DNA of 38,139 bases from Alteromonas sp. Lineage in GTDB: Bacteria; Margulisbacteria; Marinamargulisbacteria; UBA6595. Location of the stretch: NCBI GenBank assembly GCA_964220215.1, contig CAXPTH010000025.1, positions 1 through 38,139 of the forward strand, read 5' to 3'. The position numbers and the translations under genes were made by a program. The notes under the pieces were generated by a model. It searched no databases and was not told where the DNA came from. It saw only the letters and a program-made list of their open reading frames with translations. Positions 18,786-27,830 of this stretch are shown here, in pieces (the first letter of the stretch is position 1; every line of letters starts with the position of its first letter).

Positions 18786-21611
18786 TTACTTCAGTTTAGA
18801 CAAAACAACTCTAGCTTCACCAGAGCTTCGACCAGGAATTTCTAGACGAAACCGCTCAACTTCTACATTATCATCAGACACATCAGCAGAGTCCGGAAAT
18901 ATGCTGAGAACTGGCCCCTGTTGAAGCTGTTCCGAAGCAGATTTAGCCTGCTGCAAAATTTCAAGTATTCTATACTTGAAATCGGCATTGTCTAAACCCA
19001 AACCTTCCACACACTTTTTTATATCATCATTAGTCCCAATCACCTTGCCATTTGTATTCAAAATTCTGTTAGAAATCAATGTGTCCCAAACATCCGGCAG
19101 CGGCTTACTACTTTGTTTATCTTGTCCCTTTTGTCCCTTTGGTCCCTTTTGTCTCTTTTTATTTTCGCCAACTTCGTCAACAACAAAACTTTCTCGCCTT
19201 ACAAAACAACTCGGTGCTAAGGCTTGTTCTATTAGTTCATGATTCACTTTGAGTGCTAGACCATCTGGAGCCATCGGAGAGTCTATTACATTGACTGGTA
19301 ATGAGCAAGCAATCCTCAGTGCGCACAGGCTCTCAAAATGAATACCTCCATTGATTCTAGAAAGCGAATAGCTTTGACTTCGTAGCATCAAGTTTTTTTC
19401 ACTATAAAAAGTATTCACATTCCGATATTCAAACACCTTAATGTTTTCTTTGGAACTATCAAACACTACTTCTACAAACTCAGACTTATTTTTTCGATAA
19501 TATGTAAGAACAATATTATGATTAGAGATTCCCTTTTGAGGCTTTTTTTTAGAAACCGGTTCTTCGTCTTTGATTGCAGCGATGGGCCCAGTAACTAGTT
19601 TACAAAAAATATCTACTGGATCTCCTTCTTCAAAATCTATTCCTGTAAAGCTATCAGGCCTATTCGGACGAATATCAATCTTGATCACTCCCTGACTAGT
19701 GATAATTGGAACCTCTGAATCTCTTTTAGCTCCGCCTCTTGCCCCAACCCCCCTTAATTGATTATTAGCAGAATTAATCAGTTCATAAGTTTTATTTAGC
19801 TCCATACAACTCTTTACCTGAATACAGCTAATTGGAAGGATATCACCCTCAATATGGCTAATAGACACAACGTCAGCACCAATCTTTTGGCCATCCTCTA
19901 AGCCTACCTTTGATAATGCAACATCTCTAATTAATTGATCCATTATTTTTTTCGATTGATTAGCAGCCTCATCACCTGCAGCAGCCCCCCCCTCTACTAT
20001 GTAAACCCCTGGGAAATACTGGCTATGCTGGAAGCTCTCTCTAAAACCACTCAGCCGTGAGTGATCTTCGCAATAATCAGGCAAGAAAACTTTGCCGCTT
20101 AAACTCAACTGCATGAGTTGTTGGTATAAATACAAGTCTTTTGCCGTACGGATATTTTGGTCGGAAAAATCGGAATCAAACCTTTCATCTGTGAAGACCA
20201 AGTCAGTACGTTTCCCAGCGTCTTCTGGGTAAGAATCACGCCATGATTGAGCGATACATTTAAGCAAACCGCTTTTATCAGTATCTGGATTGGCCTTGCA
20301 GCCGCTACTGACTATTCTATCGGCGATCTTTAGTCTCTTGAGTTTTTTTTGGAAGCTATCATATTTACCTTTGGCAATTTCCTGTTGGGTATTCTTAGGC
20401 TGGCTTCCCGGCTCATTAATAAAAGGATTGCTTGCTTCAATTTTCGCTAGTTGGCTTGTGAACTCTTGTTCATTTTTTTTGAGTTCTTCAGTGACATCTA
20501 TTTCTAATCCGAGTTGTCTCTTAACACCAGCGATAACACCCTCAACTGTGCCATTCCTAACATCGTCGGGATGAACGACCCCAAATTCAGCTTTGATAGC
20601 TTCGGTAGCTACTTGGTTTAACTGTACTAGTTTTTTTCTCACGTATTTTGGGTTATTACCTAGCACAACGGCTTTAATGAATTCATCATCAAATTCACCG
20701 CTTTTGGAAACGGCATCGCTAGCAATTATCTTGACAAGCTTACGGGCATATTTGCCTATGTCGTCATCGCCACCAGGTCCATGAATCTGCTGGGCGCTCG
20801 TACTTTCAAGATCATAAAGATACTCTCTTAGCTTTCCACTAGACAGGTCTAATTTACTGCATAAGCGTTGCACCATGACATCACGTATTGATTCGTCTGT
20901 TGCGCTGATTACTGACTCCAAGATTCCGCTTTCTTTTTCAGCGATACCTTTAGCCAATTCTTCCAAGTCGAAAGCTAAATAGCCGTCACAGCCCTCCAGC
21001 TCTGTAAAAATTTTGCTCCCAAATTTTCTTTCCAATTCTGTTATTGTAGGGCTATCACTATCTTTGGACAAAACAGACTTAGCAATACACTCGAGCATTT
21101 GCTGTGGAACTTGTAGTACCTTATCTTCTTGACAGAACGGCAGCCGCTCTCGCAACTTAGCTTCATTGTCACATTTTGCAGGAGTAACAGCAGCTAGTGA
21201 TGTCATTATAAGTCGTTGTTGTTGCTCATGCGACACTAGTGTATAGTCACCGCCTGAACCATCACTTTTAGTAACACTCAAGGGAAAAGGATCAATTTTA
21301 GGAAACGTCAAGGGAAAAGGCTTATCGGCCTGCACACTACCTAAATCCTCCTTATTGGACCTCTCAGGAGTGAATCCCACCATTACTGAGCCTTTTGTGC
21401 TTTGTGTCGGTTCCTTTGACGATTCTGCTGTTGGGTTTTTAGATGGCTTTCGGTGTTTCTCCGCTGACCCGTCGTTTGGATAAGAGTTTGATTGTTTTGA
21501 CTTCGGGGTTTGCGGATCTCCTTGTGATCGTGGTGATGGTTGTGGTGCTCGTGCTGCTCGTGGTGGTGGTGAAAATGATGGTGGTGGTGATGATAGTGGT
21601 GATAAAGACAT
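18786..21611 (-). CDS. Large orphan protein (about 941 aa) with a Pro/Ser-rich N-terminus and a possible restriction-endonuclease-fold segment
   Basis: Uninterrupted ORF in AT-rich DNA; GGGGAG SD before ATG 21611; near-consensus promoter upstream. Confidence 0.85.
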   Translation of the reverse strand: MSLSPLSSPPPSFSPPPRAARAPQPSPRSQGDPQTPKSKQSNSYPNDGSAEKHRKPSKNPTAESSKEPTQSTKGSVMVGFTPERSNKEDLGSVQADKPFPLTFPKIDPFPLSVTKSDGSGGDYTLVSHEQQQRLIMTSLAAVTPAKCDNEAKLRERLPFCQEDKVLQVPQQMLECIAKSVLSKDSDSPTITELERKFGSKIFTELEGCDGYLAFDLEELAKGIAEKESGILESVISATDESIRDVMVQRLCSKLDLSSGKLREYLYDLESTSAQQIHGPGGDDDIGKYARKLVKIIASDAVSKSGEFDDEFIKAVVLGNNPKYVRKKLVQLNQVATEAIKAEFGVVHPDDVRNGTVEGVIAGVKRQLGLEIDVTEELKKNEQEFTSQLAKIEASNPFINEPGSQPKNTQQEIAKGKYDSFQKKLKRLKIADRIVSSGCKANPDTDKSGLLKCIAQSWRDSYPEDAGKRTDLVFTDERFDSDFSDQNIRTAKDLYLYQQLMQLSLSGKVFLPDYCEDHSRLSGFRESFQHSQYFPGVYIVEGGAAAGDEAANQSKKIMDQLIRDVALSKVGLEDGQKIGADVVSISHIEGDILPISCIQVKSCMELNKTYELINSANNQLRGVGARGGAKRDSEVPIITSQGVIKIDIRPNRPDSFTGIDFEEGDPVDIFCKLVTGPIAAIKDEEPVSKKKPQKGISNHNIVLTYYRKNKSEFVEVVFDSSKENIKVFEYRNVNTFYSEKNLMLRSQSYSLSRINGGIHFESLCALRIACSLPVNVIDSPMAPDGLALKVNHELIEQALAPSCFVRRESFVVDEVGENKKRQKGPKGQKGQDKQSSKPLPDVWDTLISNRILNTNGKVIGTNDDIKKCVEGLGLDNADFKYRILEILQQAKSASEQLQQGPVLSIFPDSADVSDDNVEVERFRLEIPGRSSGEARVVLSKLK

Positions 21612-21699
21612 AACAAATACTCCCCGTATTGATTTGAACTGTACTGACTTATTTTTGGTCGAATAAACATAACCCAAAAAAGACATTCCCCATTAAAAC

Positions 21700-21725
21700 C
21701 AATTAAGCCTGATTTGGCTTAATTG
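21700..21725. repeat. 10-bp perfect inverted repeat with a 6-nt spacer
   Basis: CAATTAAGCC-tgattt-GGCTTAATTG, overlapping the predicted transcription start of the orphan gene. Confidence 0.7.
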
Positions 21726-21730
21726 ACTTC

Positions 21731-21759
21731 ATAGTAAAAAATAATAGATGTTTTGTCAA
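21731..21759 (-). promoter_or_regulatory. sigma70-type promoter of the large orphan gene
   Basis: TTGACA-N17-TACTAT on the minus strand. Confidence 0.7.
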
Positions 21760-21838
21760 TGTTTTTTATTATATAGGCCCTGCGATCCATTTAATGAATA
21801 GTACCGGAATACCATTCGCATGATTGGTCTAAACGAGA

Positions 21839-22756
21839 TTAAAACACCGTTGCGATTGAAAGACGAACCACATCCAAGTCCGCATGTTTCCCTTTGTTTT
21901 TCAGTGGGGTTGCCAGGGAAACATTAGCCTGCATAGACGCATTGAGCCAAAGACCCAGCCCAACAGATAGCTGTGCGGGCTGCCAGCCAATGCGAAGCGG
22001 CAAGACCGGAAGCACCCGATATTCAGACCCCACAAGAATCACCGAATCATACCCCTCGATTTGCTGAATGTCTGTGGTTAGCAACCATTCGGGGGTGGGC
22101 GACACCCGCATCCCCAACTGCACGCGCTGTGGCATGGTGGCTGAAGCTCCAGACGGCGTATTCCATGTCAACTGAGGCCGCACCGCATGACGAACCGACA
22201 CCCCCCATGCCAGCCGCTTACTGGCCAACCATGGCGACCGCCAAATGGCCCCAACATCCACCCCGCGCCCATTGGCCTGATACCCATACATGGATTCCTG
22301 AATCCACGTGATTGATGCGCCTACATCTAAACGAGCGGCCACCGGATGAGCCAGGGAAAAGACTAGTCCTTGTCCCACGTAATTAAAGGACCCCCCGGTT
22401 GCCACAACGTCACCCCCATTGCCAATGGTTGTTTCCATGGATAAATCCGTAACAGCAGACACATACCCCAAACCAACCGTGCCCGATTTGTATGGCACAG
22501 CCCACACCAGGGTGGTGTAATTCGTGATGAGCTGTCGATAGCTGGTAAATTGAAGGTTGGATTTTGGCATGCCCACTAAACCTGCCGGGTTTATAAAAAA
22601 TGCATCAATACGCCCAGAATCAGCCGTTAAGGCGCCCCCCATGGCATCTGCAGAAGCCCCCCAGGGATTATCCATAAACGCCGCTGCGTTGCTTGCAGCC
22701 TGTCCGCCAAGACTCACCATCATGACACTTAGCACAACAGTCATTATCACGCGCAT
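21839..22756 (-). CDS. PorV/PorQ-like (FadL-superfamily) outer-membrane beta-barrel
   Basis: Signal peptide; AAFM...GASADAMGGA.TA...DAFFINPAGL plug motif; amphipathic beta pattern (GVDVGAIW, LPLRIG); C-terminal Phe. Confidence 0.78.
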   Translation of the reverse strand: MRVIMTVVLSVMMVSLGGQAASNAAAFMDNPWGASADAMGGALTADSGRIDAFFINPAGLVGMPKSNLQFTSYRQLITNYTTLVWAVPYKSGTVGLGYVSAVTDLSMETTIGNGGDVVATGGSFNYVGQGLVFSLAHPVAARLDVGASITWIQESMYGYQANGRGVDVGAIWRSPWLASKRLAWGVSVRHAVRPQLTWNTPSGASATMPQRVQLGMRVSPTPEWLLTTDIQQIEGYDSVILVGSEYRVLPVLPLRIGWQPAQLSVGLGLWLNASMQANVSLATPLKNKGKHADLDVVRLSIATVF

Positions 22757-24627
22757 TATCGCAAAATACCGATTGCCTGCTTTTTAACCCAGCGTGACCC
22801 GCCCTGTTTGGCCACAATATACGCAGCATACATGCCATTGGCCACAGGAACCCCGGATAAGTCTCGCACATCCCAAGCTGCTTTTTTTATGCCGGCCCCA
22901 TACCGGGCCTCATGCTCATACACCAACCGCCCACTCAAGCTATACACTTGAATTAAGACATCCGCCTCCGTTGGCAGGTCAAACTGAAAGATCATATGCT
23001 GTACGGGGGCCCCACGGTAGGGGTTTGGTCCAGCCAGAAACCCAAGGGAATTTGTTGAATCTGGCGAAGCCGATTCCGAGGCCCCGACCGTGTCCAGAAT
23101 CCCCACCGAATCAAATGCCTGCTGAACAACACGCTGCGCCCCTGAGCCGTATAGGTCAATGGCCGCTTGCTCCACCGCCCGACGGGCCTGCACAAAATTA
23201 GTGTCTTGGTTAAAATAGGTCACCCACGCCCGGTAGTAAAGCTGAGCCGCATTCGCCAACCCCGCACCCTGTGCCACCATATAAAATGCTTTGTTAACAA
23301 TGCCACTATTAATATGCACGCCACCATTGTCCTCATTCTCGGACATGTCTTTAAAGTCATCCATATGCTCCGGCTGAGCATAGTTCACATCCTCAGCTGG
23401 CGTGTCCATACGGCGCAAGGGCACCGCTGAGCCATACCCCACTTCCCCGATGGACCAAATCTCCGCATCTTGTTCGCCAGACTCCTTAACAAAATTATCC
23501 ACCAAAACGGCGCAAATATCACTCATAGATTCGTTCAGCGCCCCGCTTTGAAACTCATAAATCAAACCGGATGTGTGTGCCGTAATCCCATGGCAATACT
23601 CATGCGCCACAATATCCAGATCCTGAGCAAAGTGGCTCTCTAAACTCCCATGAAACCCAACATAATCCTGTTCATTAACATAAGCGTAAAAAGCGCTGGC
23701 TCGGGGGCCTTGGGCAGGATCAACTAAAATCTTAATGGATGACGGATCCTGCCCATTAATCCCGTGATGGGTATGATGCTCGCTAAAATATCGATCGGTG
23801 TCGCCAACAAACCTGTACGGGTCTGTAAAAACAGCGCTAATTCCCACTTGGCTACCCCCTTCTTGCAATTCGGGAGTTGGCTCAAAATCGACAGCAAACG
23901 ACGGTTGATAGCTAACATTGGTGAGCTCATGCACCGTTCGATTCAAATGCGACGGGGTTGAGTTAAACCGGTCAATGTCTCCGGTATGCGCATCCACAAA
24001 ATACTGCCACCGAGCACCCAAGCGTCCAGCCGGCTCAATCACCAAATGCCACACCAGTTGCGGGATTGATTCATGAACCACAAGGCTTAATGCAGCCGCC
24101 TGCGTAACAACATAGTCCCCACTGGCGTGGTTTGCGATATGCTGGCGAGCCAGTGTTGTTGCTTGGTCTGCAGACAGCGTTGGATTGGTGTCAATCGCCG
24201 TGTCCATCACGCTCCCAATCACCAGTTGAACAGCATTATGTGGCGCAATGTGCACCGCAATTTCACGACCAAAAATAGGAACGCCGTTCACCGTTTGCTG
24301 AAGGCGAACAATGGTGTTGCCGGTCAACGCATCCCGTGTTTCTCGGTTCAAGACAAAGTCAATCGCGGGCTCCCGGTGACTGCGCGCGGCACGGATGGAC
24401 GGATCACCAGATGTTAGCGAAAATGCTTGGTTCAAAAACTGCGTGGCTACCTGTTTTTTTTCTAGTAATTCGCTGGCCAAAAAATTGCCTTTGATCCAGT
24501 TGATTTGCCGTGTTTGAGGATCTTCTTTCAGCTCAATATCTCTAGACAACAGCGCGCTGTCCACCGGTGCATAGGCAGCATAAACCACGAGCCCGCCCAT
24601 TACCCATGCAATTCGTACAGCATGCAT
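22756..24627 (-). CDS. M4 (thermolysin-family) metalloprotease with propeptide and a C-terminal T9SS-sorting/FlgD-Ig-like domain
   Basis: FTP-like VRLQQTVNGVPIFG; PepSY-like YFVDAHTG; HEYCH; GALNESMSD; DNGGVHINSG; C-terminal PNPY...QVYSLSGRLV...WDVRDLSG.PVANGMY. Start reassigned to 24627. Confidence 0.9.
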   Translation of the reverse strand: MHAVRIAWVMGGLVVYAAYAPVDSALLSRDIELKEDPQTRQINWIKGNFLASELLEKKQVATQFLNQAFSLTSGDPSIRAARSHREPAIDFVLNRETRDALTGNTIVRLQQTVNGVPIFGREIAVHIAPHNAVQLVIGSVMDTAIDTNPTLSADQATTLARQHIANHASGDYVVTQAAALSLVVHESIPQLVWHLVIEPAGRLGARWQYFVDAHTGDIDRFNSTPSHLNRTVHELTNVSYQPSFAVDFEPTPELQEGGSQVGISAVFTDPYRFVGDTDRYFSEHHTHHGINGQDPSSIKILVDPAQGPRASAFYAYVNEQDYVGFHGSLESHFAQDLDIVAHEYCHGITAHTSGLIYEFQSGALNESMSDICAVLVDNFVKESGEQDAEIWSIGEVGYGSAVPLRRMDTPAEDVNYAQPEHMDDFKDMSENEDNGGVHINSGIVNKAFYMVAQGAGLANAAQLYYRAWVTYFNQDTNFVQARRAVEQAAIDLYGSGAQRVVQQAFDSVGILDTVGASESASPDSTNSLGFLAGPNPYRGAPVQHMIFQFDLPTEADVLIQVYSLSGRLVYEHEARYGAGIKKAAWDVRDLSGVPVANGMYAAYIVAKQGGSRWVKKQAIGILR

Positions 24628-24634
24628 GCGCTTA

Positions 24635-24679
24635 AGTATACCAAAGACCGCCCACTTGGCGCGATTCGAATGGTATACT
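24635..24679. promoter_or_regulatory. Back-to-back extended -10 elements for the M4 protease (-) and prfC (+)
   Basis: TGgTATACT on each strand, 7 nt and 6 nt before the respective ATGs. Confidence 0.6.
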
Positions 24680-24685
24680 AGACGC

Positions 24686-26266
24686 ATGCGTTTAGAAACA
24701 GAAATACAGCGCCGGCGCACGTTTGGCATTGTCAGCCACCCAGATGCCGGAAAAACCACCCTGACCGAAAAGCTCTTGCTCTTTGGAGGGGCCATCCATG
24801 CAGCGGGAGCCATTAAAGCCAAAAAAGCCAGCCGGCACGCCACATCCGATTTTATGGAAATAGAAAAGCAACGGGGCATTTCCGTTTCCACATCCGTGAT
24901 GGGTTTTGAATACACCGGGATCAAAATCAACTTGCTGGACACCCCCGGTCACGAGGATTTTTGTGAAGATACCTATCGGACGCTCACAGCTGTGGATAGC
25001 GTCATCATGGTGATTGATGCCAGCAAAGGGATTGAGGCCCAAACCTATAAATTATTAGCGATTTGCAAGCAACGCAACACGCCCGTAATTACGTTTATTA
25101 ATAAATTAGACCGCGAGGGCTTATCCCCGATTGAATTGCTGGACAGCATTGAAGAAAAGCTGGGCATTGCCGTATGCCCGATGAGCTGGCCGGTGGGCAT
25201 GGGACGGGATTTTCGCGGTGTGTACGATCTCACCCGTCGGCACTTGGCCCTTTTTGAGCCCAAGGCCACCAAAGAAACCGTCATTTTGGACGATGCGCTG
25301 AACCAGCCTGGCTCACCCCTGTCCGATTCAGAATATGCGCAATTTCGGGAGGATGTTGCGCTCATTGAAGGCGTGTATCCGGCATTTGATCGATCGGCCT
25401 ATTTATCGGGGAGCATTACACCGGTTTTATTTGGTAGTGCGTTGAATAATTTTGGGGTTCAGCAGTTGTTGGATTGTTTTGTGGCCAATGCGCCAGAGCC
25501 CCAACCGCGGCCCACCACGGCCGCACCGGTATCCCCCCAGGATCCCAAGTTTAGCGGATTTATTTTTAAAATTCATGCCAACATTGACCCGCATCATCGG
25601 GACCGAATTGCCTTTTTGCGCATTTGTTCGGGCCAATTTGAGCGCAATAAAAAATACACCCACGTACAATCGGGCAAAGTGTATCGATGCGCCAACCCGA
25701 CAGCCTTTATGGCCCAAAGCAAGCACATCATTGATGTGGCCTATCCGGGGGACATTATTGGCTTGCATGACACTGGGCAGTTAAAAATTGGGGATTCCCT
25801 CAGTGACGGGGCCCCGGTTGTCTTTACAGGGATTCCCAATTTTTCGCCAGAAATTTTCAAGCGGGTCGTCATTACGGACCCTTTGAAGCAAAAAGCCCTT
25901 AAAAAAGGCATTCAGCAATTAACGGAAGAAGGAGTGGCGCAGTGCTTTACCCGGGTCTTGGATCAACAGTTGTTGGTGGGCACCGTTGGGCAGCTGCAAT
26001 TTGAGGTCATTCAGTATCGGCTGGCGCATGAGTACAAAGCGGGGTGTCAGTTTGAAGCCGTACCGTTTACCCAAGCGCGCTGGGTGAGCGGGCCGGATGC
26101 GGCAATCGAGGCCTTAATTCGGAACCGAAAGCCTTATGTGGCCCGAGACAAGCACGACCGACTCGTTTATTTGGCCGATACCAAGTGGAGCGTCGAGCGT
26201 GAAATCAGCGACAACCCCGAACTCACCTTTCACACATCGGATGATGGGTTGGCGGCTAGTGATTAG
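24686..26266 (+). CDS. prfC: Peptide chain release factor 3
   Basis: RRRTFGIVSHPDAGKTTLTEKLLL, SDFMEIEKQRGISV, DTPGHEDF, NKLD, FGSALNNFG, HRDRIAF, VGQLQFEV. Confidence 0.97.
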   Translation: MRLETEIQRRRTFGIVSHPDAGKTTLTEKLLLFGGAIHAAGAIKAKKASRHATSDFMEIEKQRGISVSTSVMGFEYTGIKINLLDTPGHEDFCEDTYRTLTAVDSVIMVIDASKGIEAQTYKLLAICKQRNTPVITFINKLDREGLSPIELLDSIEEKLGIAVCPMSWPVGMGRDFRGVYDLTRRHLALFEPKATKETVILDDALNQPGSPLSDSEYAQFREDVALIEGVYPAFDRSAYLSGSITPVLFGSALNNFGVQQLLDCFVANAPEPQPRPTTAAPVSPQDPKFSGFIFKIHANIDPHHRDRIAFLRICSGQFERNKKYTHVQSGKVYRCANPTAFMAQSKHIIDVAYPGDIIGLHDTGQLKIGDSLSDGAPVVFTGIPNFSPEIFKRVVITDPLKQKALKKGIQQLTEEGVAQCFTRVLDQQLLVGTVGQLQFEVIQYRLAHEYKAGCQFEAVPFTQARWVSGPDAAIEALIRNRKPYVARDKHDRLVYLADTKWSVEREISDNPELTFHTSDDGLAASD

Positions 26267-26304
26267 GCACTGGACTGTATAGAGTAAAGAGCGCAAAAAA
26301 CTGT

Positions 26305-27729
26305 TTAATCATTCGGATAATTAGCATATAGGGTTAAATTAGGACTCGTCAACGGATGCACGTGCCACTTTGTACCCAAATTATCCTGAATATAGGCTTT
26401 GGCCCGCTGATAATCAACCACCGATTCACCCGATAGGTGTTGAACCGAAGGCATAACAACAATAGTCGGCGAATTCGCCGAAATAGTATGCACTGCAGAA
26501 AATTGCCGAAGCTTTGGATACGCCAAAAACGGATAGCTACAACTTTCTGTCGTAACTATGGTGTAATGCTTGGGAATCTGAGATACAATAGCGCGCAACG
26601 CTTTATTGGTGCGATATCGTTGAATAAGGGGCTGATTGAGCCATTCAAGATTCACAGAAACAAGATAAAACTCTTTGGGAACAGTCGTTAGCCCCACCCC
26701 AATATAAATGACCACCAACACCGACGCAAACCGCGGCAACGATCGCTTAAACCACGACCGGTTGTTTAGATACTGGTTAAGCCCAAATAGGGCACACACC
26801 ATAAGAATAGTCATGGTGTAATCATGGTAGTGCTCGAGCAGCCAAAAAACATTCGGCTTATTAACAAAGTTAATGAGTAAATACACAGCTAGCGATGGCA
26901 AGAAAAAAAGTAGCGTTTTGGGATACAGCAACGGCAAGCATGCCGTAGCCAGCATTAGCTTAAGCCCCATAATTGCTTTAAGGCCCAAATTTGAAAACGG
27001 AGCGATCTGGCTGGATGCATCCGAAGCCCCAAACTGAGGCATGATCCAAAAGACAATCACGAACCCCAGCGCCACTGAAAACGCACCCAATAGGCTGGCT
27101 CGCCGCCACGACTGCCCCGTGTGAAGCCCCATAAACATGGCTAAACAAACGCCAACTAACGGCATGTTTTCTTTAAACAAACTGATCCCTAGAACGAGTG
27201 GAAATAATCGCCAAAAATAGCCGTCATACGCCCACAAAAACCCCAATAAAATAAACGGAAGCATCAAGCCTGTTGCCTGATTAGCTTTGCCCAGCGCCCC
27301 CATTAGAATATCACTAAATAGCCAAAACGTGGGGATCACATACACCCACTGTGGGTGATTAACCAGCACCCGCCGACTCAACGCCAGCAAAATAAGTGGG
27401 CACGCCAAAAACGCAATCGATTTGGCTAGCGGGGCCCATAATGTGGGCGGCACCTTCGGAAACGCCGCAATCAACGGTGCGAATACAAACAAACCCGGTC
27501 GAAAATGATTGGAAAACGGGTGCGCATCAATCAACGTGTTCCAATACTGCTGATTCACAACCGCCTGAACAATGGGCTGAATGTGCATGCCCGTATCAAA
27601 CGTGGGATGATACAAAAAAACCAGCTCATAAACCGGATGGACCATCCAAACAACCGAAAAGATTGCATACACCGCCCAAAAAAACCTTGGCGTTTGTATC
27701 CAATTTAACGGGCGAAAGAAACAAAACAT
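26305..27729 (-). CDS. DUF2079-like polytopic membrane protein (putative GT-C glycosyltransferase)
   Basis: FDTG..IQ loop after TM1, NHFRPGL...APL, FKE, HYH; many TM segments. Confidence 0.7.
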   Translation of the reverse strand: MFCFFRPLNWIQTPRFFWAVYAIFSVVWMVHPVYELVFLYHPTFDTGMHIQPIVQAVVNQQYWNTLIDAHPFSNHFRPGLFVFAPLIAAFPKVPPTLWAPLAKSIAFLACPLILLALSRRVLVNHPQWVYVIPTFWLFSDILMGALGKANQATGLMLPFILLGFLWAYDGYFWRLFPLVLGISLFKENMPLVGVCLAMFMGLHTGQSWRRASLLGAFSVALGFVIVFWIMPQFGASDASSQIAPFSNLGLKAIMGLKLMLATACLPLLYPKTLLFFLPSLAVYLLINFVNKPNVFWLLEHYHDYTMTILMVCALFGLNQYLNNRSWFKRSLPRFASVLVVIYIGVGLTTVPKEFYLVSVNLEWLNQPLIQRYRTNKALRAIVSQIPKHYTIVTTESCSYPFLAYPKLRQFSAVHTISANSPTIVVMPSVQHLSGESVVDYQRAKAYIQDNLGTKWHVHPLTSPNLTLYANYPND

Positions 27730-27830
27730 GATTAAAAAATCATATCATAAAAAACAAATAAACCCAAAAAGCAACACCTTTAGACCAGCTAGTGTTCTAG
27801 ACTGCCTATTTTTACTGTACACTAATATTT

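Noticed and set aside
21383..21670. His-rich 95-aa ORF (HHYHHHHHHFHHHH) resembling a metal-binding peptide
   Set aside because: It is an alternative frame of the CCA/TCA (Pro/Ser) codon run at the start of the 941-aa gene, which has the SD.
9902..21838. Integrative element inserted at tRNA-Ser
   Set aside because: I saw no integrase and no duplicate of the tRNA 3' end, and the intervening genes are mostly core.
24628..24942. 105-aa N-terminal extension of the M4 protease in the ORF track
   Set aside because: It overlaps prfC on the opposite strand. ATG 24627 gives a signal-peptide-like start with a -10 box upstream.
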